DNA of 64,000 nt, from the NCBI GenBank assembly GCA_039588055.1, contig JBDHAN010000003.1:8249-72248 (forward strand), in the 5' to 3' direction. Origin of the DNA: Gemmatimonadota bacterium (lineage in GTDB: Bacteria > Gemmatimonadota > Gemmatimonadetes > Gemmatimonadales > GWC2-71-9). Made by a program: the position numbers and the translations under genes. Shown in pieces: positions 38,147-48,132 of the stretch. Under the pieces are notes generated by a model. The model was not told the origin of the DNA. It did no database searches and worked only from the letters and a program-made list of their open reading frames with translations. Numbering within the stretch: the first letter of the stretch is position 1; each line of letters starts with the position of its first letter.

Positions 38147-38599
38147 ATGGTGAAACCGCTTGAATCTCAGTTCTCGCCGCTCCTCAGGGCAGTCCTGGAG
38201 ACGGTCGCAGAGGGTGTAGTTGTCTTCGATCCCCTGGGCCGCGTCGTCTATTCGAATGCTGAGGGCCGTGCCGCTCTCAAGACACTCGGCGGAAGCGACT
38301 CCGATCGGGCTGACACCGTCCTTCCGAGGCTGGCGCGCGTCGGCAGCAGGATCAAACCCGTGTGGGTGAACGGCTCCAAGCTGTGCGAGGTGGTTTGCCT
38401 GCCCCCTCGGCCCAACGGCGATCGTCAAACGCTGGCCGAGCGTGAGCGAGGAGCGATCCTGGAAACGCTCGAGCAGACCGGCTGGAAGCTGACGGAGAGC
38501 GCTCGGCGGCTCGGGATTTCCCGCACGACCCTGTGGCGTCGGCTCCGAGCGTATGGCCTGGACCGCGACAATCGGGCTCGATGGTCCCGGTCCTCCTAG
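38147..38599 (+). CDS. PAS-like plus Fis-type HTH protein, no AAA+ domain
   Basis: EGVVVFDPLGRVVYSN and TLAERER..I...L....W....AR.LGISRTTLWRRL. Confidence 0.8.
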   Translation: MVKPLESQFSPLLRAVLETVAEGVVVFDPLGRVVYSNAEGRAALKTLGGSDSDRADTVLPRLARVGSRIKPVWVNGSKLCEVVCLPPRPNGDRQTLAERERGAILETLEQTGWKLTESARRLGISRTTLWRRLRAYGLDRDNRARWSRSS

Positions 38600-40779
38600 C
38601 CGGTCTGCTTCTTCTTCCCTCACAGGGACCGGACTCCGCCACATTCCGTGACCCCGCGACAGCCGAGCTATATGCTCGGGCGCGCGTGCGACACATCCGT
38701 CAGGACTCGCTGGTCAGGAACTACAAGGCGACGGTCCGCACGCGGCTGGATGCGAGTGCCGGCCGCAGCCGGTTTGCGCGACAGATGACACTGATGGTGC
38801 ACGAAGCGGTGGCGGAAGTACGATGGCAGGAGCCGAACGACCTGCGGGTGAACATCCTGGGAACACGCGCTGCACTGCCGATCGTCCGCATCGTCGAAGG
38901 TTTCGGTGGCGGAGTGGAACGAGAGGCACAGGACGAACTCCGCCGACAGCTCCTATTCGACCGACCCTGGTTCATCCCGCGAGCGTTGGGTGACAGCATC
39001 CGGGTGATGGGTGTGCCCGACCATGCCGCCCTCCATCCCTTTGCTGATCGCGCCCTCGACTTCTATCGGTTTGCCATTACGGACTCGGTTCAACTCGTCA
39101 CGGCGCAGCGGACCGTCCGCGCGCTCGAACTGCGCGTGGAGCCGAAACGGTACGGGCCGGCGCTGGTGGCAGGTAACATGTGGATCGATGTCGAGACGGC
39201 GGACGTCGTGCGTTTCGACATGATCTTCTTGGGCGATTTCGTCTGGGATGCGCCGAATGAGCCGACCCCCGAGGATAGTGCTGCGGCGCGCAAGGAGAGT
39301 GCTCAGGCAAATCGCTTTTTGTCCGTGGAGGCGCAGGTCGAGTACGCACTCGTGGATCAGCAGTACTGGATGCCCTATCGACAGCTGCTTGCCGTCACAG
39401 CAGAGATCCCATGGCTGGTGAACTTGGCCGTGCCAGCCCGGGCCGTCACCACGTTCAGCGATTACACGGTGAATTCCAACCCGCCCATCGTCTTTCAGGT
39501 ATCGGAAGAGGAGTTGCTCGAGGAGGACCGGCCACGGCGACGGGTGATTGTAAAGGGTAGTCGTCGCGGCGTCGACGTGGATGTCGAGGACACCGATAAC
39601 GATATGCGCTTCCAGCGAGGGTATTTCCGAACCGGGCTCTGGCGCGAGGGACGTTGGGAGATGGATGTGCCCCCGGCGGACAGCCTCCTCGCACACGTAT
39701 GGGATACACAACTGGAAACGTCGTCCGACGTTGCTGAGGAGCGTCGGTTGCGGGAGGCGTTTGCCGATCTGAGTGAGCTGGAAGAGGGGTTGCCGCCAGA
39801 GTGGACCGGACGGCGCCGACTCGGCCTCGCATGGGAGAGTGTTGCAGAGATTGTACGCTTCAATCGCGTGCAGGGACTCTCGGCGGGTGTTGGCTACCAG
39901 TATCGTCCAGGGGTCGCATTCTCGACGGTGCTCGCGTCCGCGCGATTCGGCTTGTCGGATCAGCGACCGACCGGCACGCTCACCTGGCGGCGCGACGGAC
40001 CGGTCGGTCGCCTCGACATCGACGGTTTCCGCACGGTTGCGGAGGCCGAGCCATGGTCCAGCGGCCTCGGGATCGGCAATTCGCTCAACGCGCTGTTCGT
40101 GGGAAACGATGATGCGGATTACTACCTGACGACCGGTGGAGGGTTCTCGTACCAGTGGAATTACGGACTGCTGAGGGACGTGGAGTTCACACTCTCGTAC
40201 GAACGACACGACAGCATGGAAGTGACAACCGGCTCGGTCATTGCTGATGTGTGGGGAGACAAGGCGTTTCAGGGCAATCCAGCCGTCGGCGAGGGATGGT
40301 TCGTCCGCAGTCGCCTGTCGCGGCGAGGACGGTGGGGGCCTATGTCGGTCTCGCCAGGTGCGGAGCTGCTGACGGGAGAACAGGGTTCGGCAACTCGAGC
40401 GTGGGTGTCGGTCGGTGTTCCGTTTACGGTGCTCGGGTTGGGCGGCGCGCTCCAGCTCAAGACGGCAATCACGCGCGGCGACTCCCTTCCCCAACTCGCG
40501 CCGCGCCTCGGTGGGCGGTACACCGTCCGTGGCCATACCTATGGCGTGCGCCAGGGAAGGGAGCTCTGGTCGGCTCAGCTGGACATGGCGCTCAGCCGAT
40601 CTCGCCTGCTGGCTCCCGTCGTCTTCGTCGATATCGGCGACACGTTCACGTCCGATCCGCTAATCGGTGCTGGCGCAGGCCTTTCGTTCCTCAACGGACT
40701 CGTTCGGCTCAACCTTTCCAAAGGGATTCGACCGGAGGAATCGCTCCGGTTTGACCTGCTCTTCCGCGCGCCCCGGTAA
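38581..40779 (+). CDS. Large secreted/outer-membrane protein with C-terminal beta-barrel
   Basis: Signal peptide, RFNRVQGL, alternating beta-strands, LGGxxTVRG, VFVDIG. Confidence 0.75.
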   Translation: MVPVLLAGLLLLPSQGPDSATFRDPATAELYARARVRHIRQDSLVRNYKATVRTRLDASAGRSRFARQMTLMVHEAVAEVRWQEPNDLRVNILGTRAALPIVRIVEGFGGGVEREAQDELRRQLLFDRPWFIPRALGDSIRVMGVPDHAALHPFADRALDFYRFAITDSVQLVTAQRTVRALELRVEPKRYGPALVAGNMWIDVETADVVRFDMIFLGDFVWDAPNEPTPEDSAAARKESAQANRFLSVEAQVEYALVDQQYWMPYRQLLAVTAEIPWLVNLAVPARAVTTFSDYTVNSNPPIVFQVSEEELLEEDRPRRRVIVKGSRRGVDVDVEDTDNDMRFQRGYFRTGLWREGRWEMDVPPADSLLAHVWDTQLETSSDVAEERRLREAFADLSELEEGLPPEWTGRRRLGLAWESVAEIVRFNRVQGLSAGVGYQYRPGVAFSTVLASARFGLSDQRPTGTLTWRRDGPVGRLDIDGFRTVAEAEPWSSGLGIGNSLNALFVGNDDADYYLTTGGGFSYQWNYGLLRDVEFTLSYERHDSMEVTTGSVIADVWGDKAFQGNPAVGEGWFVRSRLSRRGRWGPMSVSPGAELLTGEQGSATRAWVSVGVPFTVLGLGGALQLKTAITRGDSLPQLAPRLGGRYTVRGHTYGVRQGRELWSAQLDMALSRSRLLAPVVFVDIGDTFTSDPLIGAGAGLSFLNGLVRLNLSKGIRPEESLRFDLLFRAPR

Positions 40780-40798
40780 GTATCTAGGTTGCAGGGCC

Positions 40799-41269
40799 AT
40801 GCACCCCAAGCCGTTCATCGTGGAAGAGTACGTGCGATGGTCCGATGTGGACTACGCGGGAATCATCTTCTATGGCGCGTACGTGCGGTTCTTTGAAATC
40901 GCCGAGACAGAGCTCTTTCGTGAGGCTGGCGTACCGTACAGCGATGTGTTCGATCGGTTTGGGATTTGGCTGCCTCGTGTTCACCTCGACTGCGACTTCA
41001 ACTATCCGGCGCGCTTGGACGATCGTCTCCGTGTGGCGGCCTACTTCACCGCCTTCGGGACGAGTTCGATCAAGATCAACTTCGACGTGCTGCACGTCGG
41101 TGCTGGCGAGCTCGCAGCCACCGGCCACGAGGTTCTGGTGTGTACGGAGCGTGCGAGCTTGCGGCCGATTCCGCTTCCCGACCAGCTGCGCAGCGTGTTA
41201 GAGCCGTTCGCACTTTCTGAGAACGAGGCGCGTCGTCAGCTGGACCTCGGGATGGAGATCACACGATGA
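40799..41269 (+). CDS. Hotdog-fold acyl-CoA thioesterase (4HBT/YbgC-like)
   Basis: VRWSDVDYAGIIFYGAYVRFFE, PARLDD. Confidence 0.9.
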   Translation: MHPKPFIVEEYVRWSDVDYAGIIFYGAYVRFFEIAETELFREAGVPYSDVFDRFGIWLPRVHLDCDFNYPARLDDRLRVAAYFTAFGTSSIKINFDVLHVGAGELAATGHEVLVCTERASLRPIPLPDQLRSVLEPFALSENEARRQLDLGMEITR

Positions 41270-41904
41270 GATGGTCAACTGCGCTCGTTCTCGTGGTGTT
41301 GAGCGCGACGTCGCTCGGTTGCGGGGAGAGAGAAGAGGGCTCGGTGCCGGAAGCGGCGCCAATGGCGCTTCCTGATACAAGCGCGTCCAACGACACCCTC
41401 CTGATGCCGGAGTTCCCGGAGCCCAGGAGAGGACAAATTGTTGCCAGCGGCGCAGGAGCGTACGAGTTGGACGCCACATGGACCGGCCGCGCAGCAGCCT
41501 GTGAGGATCCACCGGTGATGGAGATCCTCGGGGAGCGGCCGGGCATAGGGGTGCTCGTGCTGCTGCAGCTCCCAGGTGACAATCGCGCGACGAGCTATCC
41601 GGTGACGATTGTCGAGCAGGGCGCACCCGAACCACCAGCCTCGCAGATCGCGGTGCAAGCGCTGGAGGGCACTGGTGGCCGCGCGTTTCAGGGGTGGGAG
41701 GGAACCGTCGAAATCTCAGGCCTGGACAGTCGGGTGAGCGGTCGGTTTGCCGTGACGCTCCGCGAGACCTCCACCAACGATCTGCAGAAGTATGCCGGGG
41801 TCTTTCAAGGGATTCTGATCGAGCCGCTACCAGAGGAGCAGTGCCGGCAGATCAAAGAGGCCTTGACGGCGCTCGATTCGACGGCAGCTGACAGCGCGCA
41901 GTAG
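41266..41904 (+). CDS. Hypothetical lipoprotein
   Basis: Lipobox SLGC; ATGA overlap with the upstream gene. Confidence 0.75.
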   Translation: MRWSTALVLVVLSATSLGCGEREEGSVPEAAPMALPDTSASNDTLLMPEFPEPRRGQIVASGAGAYELDATWTGRAAACEDPPVMEILGERPGIGVLVLLQLPGDNRATSYPVTIVEQGAPEPPASQIAVQALEGTGGRAFQGWEGTVEISGLDSRVSGRFAVTLRETSTNDLQKYAGVFQGILIEPLPEEQCRQIKEALTALDSTAADSAQ

Positions 41905-41920
41905 AGGAAACGTCGACGTC

Positions 41921-43117
41921 ATGGAACAGACGTATTTCCGCAAAGGCTTCGGTCTCAAGCGTGAGATTGAAGGTAATCTCTCCTCCGACTACCACAGTCA
42001 GCTCGTCGACCACGTGCGTCAGCACGACAACACCCTTGAGGTGGGCGATCTGACATTTCGGCTCGCCAAGGAATTCGGATTCTGTTACGGCGTCGATCGC
42101 GCAGTCGAGTACGCATACGAAAGCCGGCGCAAGTTCCCCGACCGGCGTATCCTGCTCGTCGGTGAGATCATTCACAACCCACACGTCAACGAGAAGCTCG
42201 AGAGCATGGGGATTGTGATCATCCGACCCGGCTCGGACGGTCGGTTCGACTTCTCCGACGTGACGGCTGACGATGTTGTGCTGATCCCCGCGTTTGGCGT
42301 CCGTGTCGACGATTTCACCGTCCTCCGCGATATCGGCTGCGTGCTCGTCGATACAACGTGTGGGTCAGTGCTCAACGTCTGGAAGCGCGTCGAGCGCTAT
42401 GCCCGGGACGGCTTCACGGCAATCGTGCACGGCAAGCACTTTCACGAAGAGACGAAGGCGACGACCAGCCAAGTCACCAGACACGAGCACGGTCGGTATC
42501 TCATCGTGCGTGACATGCATGAGACGGAGCTGCTGTGCCGCTTCCTGAAGAACGAGGCACCGGTGGAAGACGTGCGAGCGACGTTTGGCCACAAAGTCTC
42601 AGAGGGATTCGACTTCGCAGCGCACTTGGCGCATGTGGGCATCGCCAACCAGACCACCATGCTGGCGTCGGAGTCCTTGGCGATCGCCGATCGCATTGGT
42701 GAAGCGCTTGCTGCACGGTATGGCGCGGATGCCCTGGATGAGCACTTCCGGAGTTTCGACACCATCTGCTCTGCTACACAGGAGCGGCAAGACGCGATTC
42801 TCGAGTTGATTGAAGAGCCGCTCGACGCGATGATCGTGATTGGCGGCTACAACTCGAGTAACACGAACCATCTGGCCAAAATCTGTTCGAAGACGATAAG
42901 GACCTACCATATAGCCGATGCCGCCTGCATCGACGTTGATGGTGCAGCGATACACTTCAAGCCGGTCGACACGATGGACGAGGTCGTGGAAGACAAGTGG
43001 CTGGCCGACGTGAAAGTGATCGGCATCACGGCTGGCGCGTCGACGCCAAATAACAAGATCGGCGAGGCGATCGAGCGCGTGCTGCAGACCAAAGGTCTCG
43101 CCGTTCCAGCTCCGTAA
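41921..43117 (+). CDS. ispH: 4-hydroxy-3-methylbut-2-enyl diphosphate reductase
   Basis: GFCYGV, IIHNP, DTTC, NQTT, TICSAT, SSNT, AGASTP. Confidence 0.96.
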   Translation: MEQTYFRKGFGLKREIEGNLSSDYHSQLVDHVRQHDNTLEVGDLTFRLAKEFGFCYGVDRAVEYAYESRRKFPDRRILLVGEIIHNPHVNEKLESMGIVIIRPGSDGRFDFSDVTADDVVLIPAFGVRVDDFTVLRDIGCVLVDTTCGSVLNVWKRVERYARDGFTAIVHGKHFHEETKATTSQVTRHEHGRYLIVRDMHETELLCRFLKNEAPVEDVRATFGHKVSEGFDFAAHLAHVGIANQTTMLASESLAIADRIGEALAARYGADALDEHFRSFDTICSATQERQDAILELIEEPLDAMIVIGGYNSSNTNHLAKICSKTIRTYHIADAACIDVDGAAIHFKPVDTMDEVVEDKWLADVKVIGITAGASTPNNKIGEAIERVLQTKGLAVPAP

Positions 43118-43217
43118 CATCGCTCCAGCTCTCGTGCCTGACAAAGAGCACCGAGTCCGCCTCACGCCATCGGCAGGCCTATCTACGAGAGCACGGGCAG
43201 GCACGGAGAGAAGTCGC

Positions 43218-46200
43218 TTAGCCCCAGCTCTTGGCGTCGGGAGCGTTGCGCCGCAGTTGCTTGAGAAACCGGTAGGGTGAGCGTGTTGTGGTGGATGGTC
43301 GGCTGGAAGGGGTTGCGCCGCTTTTCGGTTTGAGCGTGAGTGGGCGAACCTCCTCGGCGATGATGTTGACCGTTCCGTCATCTTTTGCCAGCGTGCCTGC
43401 AATCCAGAGAAAGGGCTCACTTCGAATGGCGATGCGGTTGCGCTCATAGACCTTGGGGCGCACGATTGCGTTCATCATGCCGGCCTCGTCCTCGAGCAGA
43501 ATGAACGTGAAGCCACGTGCCGTTTCGGGTCGTTGACGGGCTACTACGAGCCCGGCAACATGGATGACGTCGCCGTGTTCGCGCGATACGAGCGTATCGC
43601 TGCGAAGTACACCGGACGGCAAGGCATCCTGCACGAGTGAGAAGGGGTGTCCGCTCGCCGAGAACCCGAGCACTTCATATTCTGCCACCACACGCTCGTC
43701 GGCCGCGATGGTGCCGAAACGCAGGCGCTCATAGGGATGTGAGAGTGGAAGCTCGAGCTGTCGGCGCGCGCGCGCAGGCCCACGCGGCTCGGTCTTGGGA
43801 GGCAACCACAAGCCGACTTGCCAGAGAAGTTCCCGGCGCGTGAGACCGAAGTCGTCACATGCCCCGACCCATACGAGGTTCTCAATCGCATCACGAGAGA
43901 GCTTGATCGGGGCACGTCGGACGAGATCCCCCAAGCTGCGATAGGGGCCGTTCCGCTCCCGCTCTCGAACCACCGCTTCGGCGATATCCCAACCACAGTC
44001 GCGGATGAATCCGAGGCCAATGCGGAGGACTCTGTCCTCGACACTGCAATAGACATCGCTCCTGTTGATGTGCGGCAGTTGCACTTCAACGCCGTGTCGC
44101 TTGGCATCCCGACCGAGGGCATCGAGCGAGTAGAACCCCATTGGCTGATTGTTGAACAGTGCGGTGTAATACTCGACCGGGTGGTAGTGCCGGAGCCACG
44201 CCGATTGGTAGGCGAGGAGCCCGAATGCGGCCGCGTGCGACTTGGGGAATCCAAATTCCGAAAAGGCAACAACCTGCTCAAACACCTTGTGGGCGAGTGG
44301 CTCGGACACCCCGCGACGGCTGGCACCCTGTAGAAATTCCTCCCAAAAATCTTCCATGAGATTACGAGATCGACGTCGGCTCATGGCTCGTCTCAGTGCT
44401 TCGGCCTGCCCAGCCGTGAAACCCGCGAGCCCCTGACACACCTGTAGCACCTGGTCCTGATAAATGATGACACCCAACGTCTCGGCAAGCGCGTCTTTGA
44501 GCAGTGGGTGGTCGAGAGGAGGCTCATACTCGAGGCCCTGGGCTCGGGCATGACGCTGTGCTTCACGCCGACGCACGAAGGGGTTCACCGCACCGCCCAC
44601 GATTGGACCTGGACGCACAATTGCCACCTCGACGGCCAGATCTTCGAGGTTCTGGGGGCGGGTCCGGCGGATCATCTGAATCTGTGCCCGGCTCTCGATT
44701 TGGAAGAGCCCCACGGTGTCGCCGGCACAGATCTGGTCGTACACCGCCTCGTCCTCGAAGTCGATGCGACTGAGGTCGGGCGGACTCCCCTGCTTGTGCG
44801 CGACGAGTTCAACACATTCCTCGACAAGTGAGAGCATACCCAGGGCGAGGAAGTCGATTTTGATGAACCGCGCATCGTCACACGAGTCCTTGTCCCACTG
44901 ACAGACGACGCGGTCCGGCATGGCCGAACGCTCGAGTGGCACGATTTCGACGAGTGGGCGGCTCGAGATGATCATTCCCCCAACATGCTGCGAGATATGC
45001 CGCGGCAGACCGGCGATCTCTTCGGCGAGATCGCAAAGGTCCCGCCAGAGCGGCGCATTCACGCGGCCCGCAAATCCCGGAAGCTTGGACAATTCTTCGC
45101 GCAGCGCCCCGGCAGAGCGGTGCGACGCCAACCGGGCGACTTGCTCGATCTCCCCGGTGGGCAAGTCGAGCACCTTGCCGAGTTCACGCACTGCTGAACG
45201 AAGACGGTACGTCGGGAAGGAGCAAACGAGCCCGGTGTGCTCCTCACCGTAACGCTGGTAGACACGACGAATGAGCTCTTCTCTGATTTCTCTGGGAAAG
45301 TCCAGATCGATATCGGGGACGGAGGCCAGTGTTTCGTTGAGGAAGCGGCCGAGAAAGAGTCTGCTGGCTATTGGGTCGATGTGCGAGAGTCCGAGAAAGT
45401 AGCAGATGATTGAGGATACCGACGAGCCACGACCGCGACCGGGAAGGAGCCCACTCATGGCTCGTCGTGTGCCGCGTCGTACCTCGGCGCCCACCTCGCG
45501 GGCGAGTTCGAAGAGGTCGTGATAGACGAGAAAGAACCCACACAGCCCGTGGTGCTCTACTAGCCACAGCTCTTCGGTTAAGCGTTGTTCGGCCTCGGTG
45601 CGGTGCGGCGAGTCGGGTGGGTAGAACTCGTCGAGCTTGATGCGGCAGAGTTCCGCAAGCGCTTTCGGCGCCGTCTGTCGCTCGGCGCCACGGAAATCGG
45701 GGAACGTGTAACCGAGATCTTTGGTCAAATCGAAGGCAGCACAACGCTCCGCGATGACGTGTGTATTAGCGATGGCGTCCGGCCGATCGCGAAACGTGGC
45801 CGCGACATCCCTCGGTCGTCTCAGGAAGAACTCGCTGTTTGGCTTTCGGACATCATGCGATCCATCCAGCGTGGCGCGATGCCGAATGGCGGTGAGCGCA
45901 TCGTGGAGGTGGGCACGTTCCTGCCGATGGTAGTGCACATTGCCCGTTGCAACGATCGAGAGGCCGGCACTGTCGGCGATTTCCGCGAGCGTTTGGGTGA
46001 GATGTCGATCGCCGCGGACTGCATTGCGTTGTAACTCGACGAAGAACCGTTCGCGGCCGAACACGGCACGGCAGCGATCGGCGAACCGTCGTGCTGCTGA
46101 GAGGCCCTCGGCGTGGAGGACGCGGGGAAGCAGCCCCTCGCGACATCCTGAGAGCACAATCAGTCCTTCGTGCCGCGTCTCGAGCGACGCGAAATCGAGG

Positions 46201-46514
46201 CGTGGATCACGCCGATCCTCTCGTCCCAGATGCGCCTCCGTCACGAGCCGACAGAGGTTGGCGTATCCCTCAGGCGTCTCCGCGAGCAACGTCACATGCG
46301 CACCGTCCAACAGCGTGAGCTCGGCGCCAGTGATCGGTTGGATTCCCAGATGTTTTGCCGATTGTGCGAACGCCATGGAGCCGTAGATGCCGTGGTGATC
46401 CGTCAACGCAAGCGCGGGATACTCGAGGTCTGCGGCCTCGAGCACCAACTGTTCCGGCAGGGACGCACCGTCGAGGAACGAGAATGCGGAGTGGCAGTGG
46501 AGTTCGATGTACAT
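43218..46514 (-). CDS. dnaE2: Error-prone DNA polymerase III alpha (DnaE2/ImuC)
   Basis: PHP HCHSAFSFLDG, GRGS, PDIDLD, KIDFLALG, GFPKSHA, OB fold RQRPETA. About 1100 aa, downstream of imuB. Confidence 0.95.
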   Translation of the reverse strand: MYIELHCHSAFSFLDGASLPEQLVLEAADLEYPALALTDHHGIYGSMAFAQSAKHLGIQPITGAELTLLDGAHVTLLAETPEGYANLCRLVTEAHLGREDRRDPRLDFASLETRHEGLIVLSGCREGLLPRVLHAEGLSAARRFADRCRAVFGRERFFVELQRNAVRGDRHLTQTLAEIADSAGLSIVATGNVHYHRQERAHLHDALTAIRHRATLDGSHDVRKPNSEFFLRRPRDVAATFRDRPDAIANTHVIAERCAAFDLTKDLGYTFPDFRGAERQTAPKALAELCRIKLDEFYPPDSPHRTEAEQRLTEELWLVEHHGLCGFFLVYHDLFELAREVGAEVRRGTRRAMSGLLPGRGRGSSVSSIICYFLGLSHIDPIASRLFLGRFLNETLASVPDIDLDFPREIREELIRRVYQRYGEEHTGLVCSFPTYRLRSAVRELGKVLDLPTGEIEQVARLASHRSAGALREELSKLPGFAGRVNAPLWRDLCDLAEEIAGLPRHISQHVGGMIISSRPLVEIVPLERSAMPDRVVCQWDKDSCDDARFIKIDFLALGMLSLVEECVELVAHKQGSPPDLSRIDFEDEAVYDQICAGDTVGLFQIESRAQIQMIRRTRPQNLEDLAVEVAIVRPGPIVGGAVNPFVRRREAQRHARAQGLEYEPPLDHPLLKDALAETLGVIIYQDQVLQVCQGLAGFTAGQAEALRRAMSRRRSRNLMEDFWEEFLQGASRRGVSEPLAHKVFEQVVAFSEFGFPKSHAAAFGLLAYQSAWLRHYHPVEYYTALFNNQPMGFYSLDALGRDAKRHGVEVQLPHINRSDVYCSVEDRVLRIGLGFIRDCGWDIAEAVVRERERNGPYRSLGDLVRRAPIKLSRDAIENLVWVGACDDFGLTRRELLWQVGLWLPPKTEPRGPARARRQLELPLSHPYERLRFGTIAADERVVAEYEVLGFSASGHPFSLVQDALPSGVLRSDTLVSREHGDVIHVAGLVVARQRPETARGFTFILLEDEAGMMNAIVRPKVYERNRIAIRSEPFLWIAGTLAKDDGTVNIIAEEVRPLTLKPKSGATPSSRPSTTTRSPYRFLKQLRRNAPDAKSWG

Positions 46515-46525
46515 GGAGTGGGTGA

Positions 46526-46583
46526 GAGGGGGCAGGAGGGGCAGGGGGGCAGGGGCCGTCTCTGCTGCCCCTCCTGCCCCCTC
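46526..46583. repeat. 19-bp perfect inverted repeat built from GGGGCAG units (REP-like hairpin)
   Basis: gagggggcaggaggggcag (46526-46544) pairs with ctgcccctcctgccccctc (46565-46583). Confidence 0.85.
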
Positions 46584-46603
46584 TGCCCCTCCTCATTCTC
46601 CTC

Positions 46604-46945
46604 CTACGGTTTCTGCTCGTACCACGTTCCGGTGTCTACGTCTTCGAACAGCACCACGTGTCTTCCTCCTTCGAGAACCACCTCGACATATCGGCGACAG
46701 ATAGGGATGCGCCACCACTCATCGTCGATGCGCCAGATCTCGAGGACGTCATCGACGCGGCGAGTATGAGGCAAGGACGGTGTCTCACTCTCCTGTTCTC
46801 GATCTCCGGAGAGATCGTCATCGTCGGCCACATCTTCGACGGTGATCGGCAAGCCACGCTCGTCCACCTCGACCCTCACGGGCCGAGGGGTATTCAGGGC
46901 TCGAAGTCGATCAACGCGTAGCGGCGTTCTGGAATGCGAGACCAT
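46604..46945 (-). CDS. Small protein resembling the ImuB C-terminal domain (DUF6504-like)
   Basis: PRPVRV, WRIDDEWWR, RRY, D..TGTWY. Lies between imuB and dnaE2. Confidence 0.75.
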   Translation of the reverse strand: MVSHSRTPLRVDRLRALNTPRPVRVEVDERGLPITVEDVADDDDLSGDREQESETPSLPHTRRVDDVLEIWRIDDEWWRIPICRRYVEVVLEGGRHVVLFEDVDTGTWYEQKP

Positions 46946-48132
46946 GGCTGCACTTCGATGATGTGGTAGAGCAGTGAGCGCTTGAAACGGCTTTTGATTT
47001 CTTGAGCGGCGGTATGTAAGGCGTGATGACGTCCGGCTCTGGCCGCGCTCGTCGCGTCGCGGGCAAAAAGTTGCAGCTCGTCAGTTCCTCGGGCGAACTC
47101 AATGAATTCCACGGCGAGATGTTCGACGGCACCTGGAGGCGGCTGCTGTTCCAATCGCACCGCGATCGGTGCGACGAGATGCCCCAAGTCGGCGGAGGGA
47201 TCTTTGAGAATCACCTGGGTCATCCACGACGCACCGGATTCGAGTTGGGCACGTGCCCGGACAACGCGGACACGCCAGCCGATGCGTTTGGGGTGTGTGA
47301 GGGCCCGCTCGACCAGTTTGCTGAGCGCGTGACAGAGCATTGTACGGTCGGCGGCCGGCGTCGGGAAATCGAGGGCCATCACGATCGGCTCTGGACGTTC
47401 GCGCCCAACGACGGGTTCGATGACGGAACCAGTGGCGAGTTGCCAAGCGTGCCGACCCTCAGCGCCGAACTGTGAGGTCATAGCTGACTCCGGCAGCCGA
47501 GCGACATCTGCCAAAGTCGTGAGGCCCAGTTGCCGCAGCCGGTGGTGGGTGTCGGGGCTGATGGGGAGGACCGCAACGGGCTGCGTAGAGAGGAACGTGC
47601 CCCGCTGGTGGTCCGCAACGACGATGGGATTGCCGGGCTTCGCTCTGGCGGCTGCGACCCAGGCGGCAAACTTGCCGCGCGCCCACCCGAGGCAGCATGG
47701 CCAGCTGTCTGCGTCTCTCTCTCCCCCAGCCACATGTGCAATCAGATCGAGTTGTCGCTCGGGTGGGCCGAACAACGTCTCTAGGCCATCGACGCCGATG
47801 AACACTCTTCCCAACTCGGATGGCTCGATGGCCGGGCTCACGCCTTCCAGGGCGAGGAGCACACGGGTGAACGCTTCGTCGTAGTGAACGGGATCAGGCT
47901 CACACAGTGTGAGAGGTGGACAGAGACCGATTGCCTGACTCACGGTCATGCCGGTCCGAACGCCGGCGCGTCGGGCAGTCGACGAGACCTGCCACAGCCG
48001 ACGCGTATCGGTGGGCGAGAGCAACGCGGTGGGTTTTGCCGTCATGTCCGGCTGGCGCTGTTCCTCGCAGCGGAGCGGGAACAGTGGGATCCAGAGACAT
48101 GCGGCCAATTCGCTCTGGAGAGTGGACGTCAT
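46894..48132 (-). CDS. imuB: ImuB-like inactive Y-family polymerase
   Basis: ARRAGVRTGMTVSQA, LGLTTLADV HhH, QLFA clamp-like motif, SRIPERR. No SIDE catalytic motif. Confidence 0.88.
   Translation of the reverse strand: MTSTLQSELAACLWIPLFPLRCEEQRQPDMTAKPTALLSPTDTRRLWQVSSTARRAGVRTGMTVSQAIGLCPPLTLCEPDPVHYDEAFTRVLLALEGVSPAIEPSELGRVFIGVDGLETLFGPPERQLDLIAHVAGGERDADSWPCCLGWARGKFAAWVAAARAKPGNPIVVADHQRGTFLSTQPVAVLPISPDTHHRLRQLGLTTLADVARLPESAMTSQFGAEGRHAWQLATGSVIEPVVGRERPEPIVMALDFPTPAADRTMLCHALSKLVERALTHPKRIGWRVRVVRARAQLESGASWMTQVILKDPSADLGHLVAPIAVRLEQQPPPGAVEHLAVEFIEFARGTDELQLFARDATSAARAGRHHALHTAAQEIKSRFKRSLLYHIIEVQPWSRIPERRYALIDFEP

Noticed and set aside
37973-38644. Extension making TetR 420 aa
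   Set aside because: Antisense to the PAS-Fis gene. The TetR HTH begins right after the ATG at 37972.
38953-40536. 527-aa antisense ORF (likewise 32068-33399 and other long shadow ORFs)
   Set aside because: No motifs. Expected stop-poor antisense frames in high-GC coding DNA.
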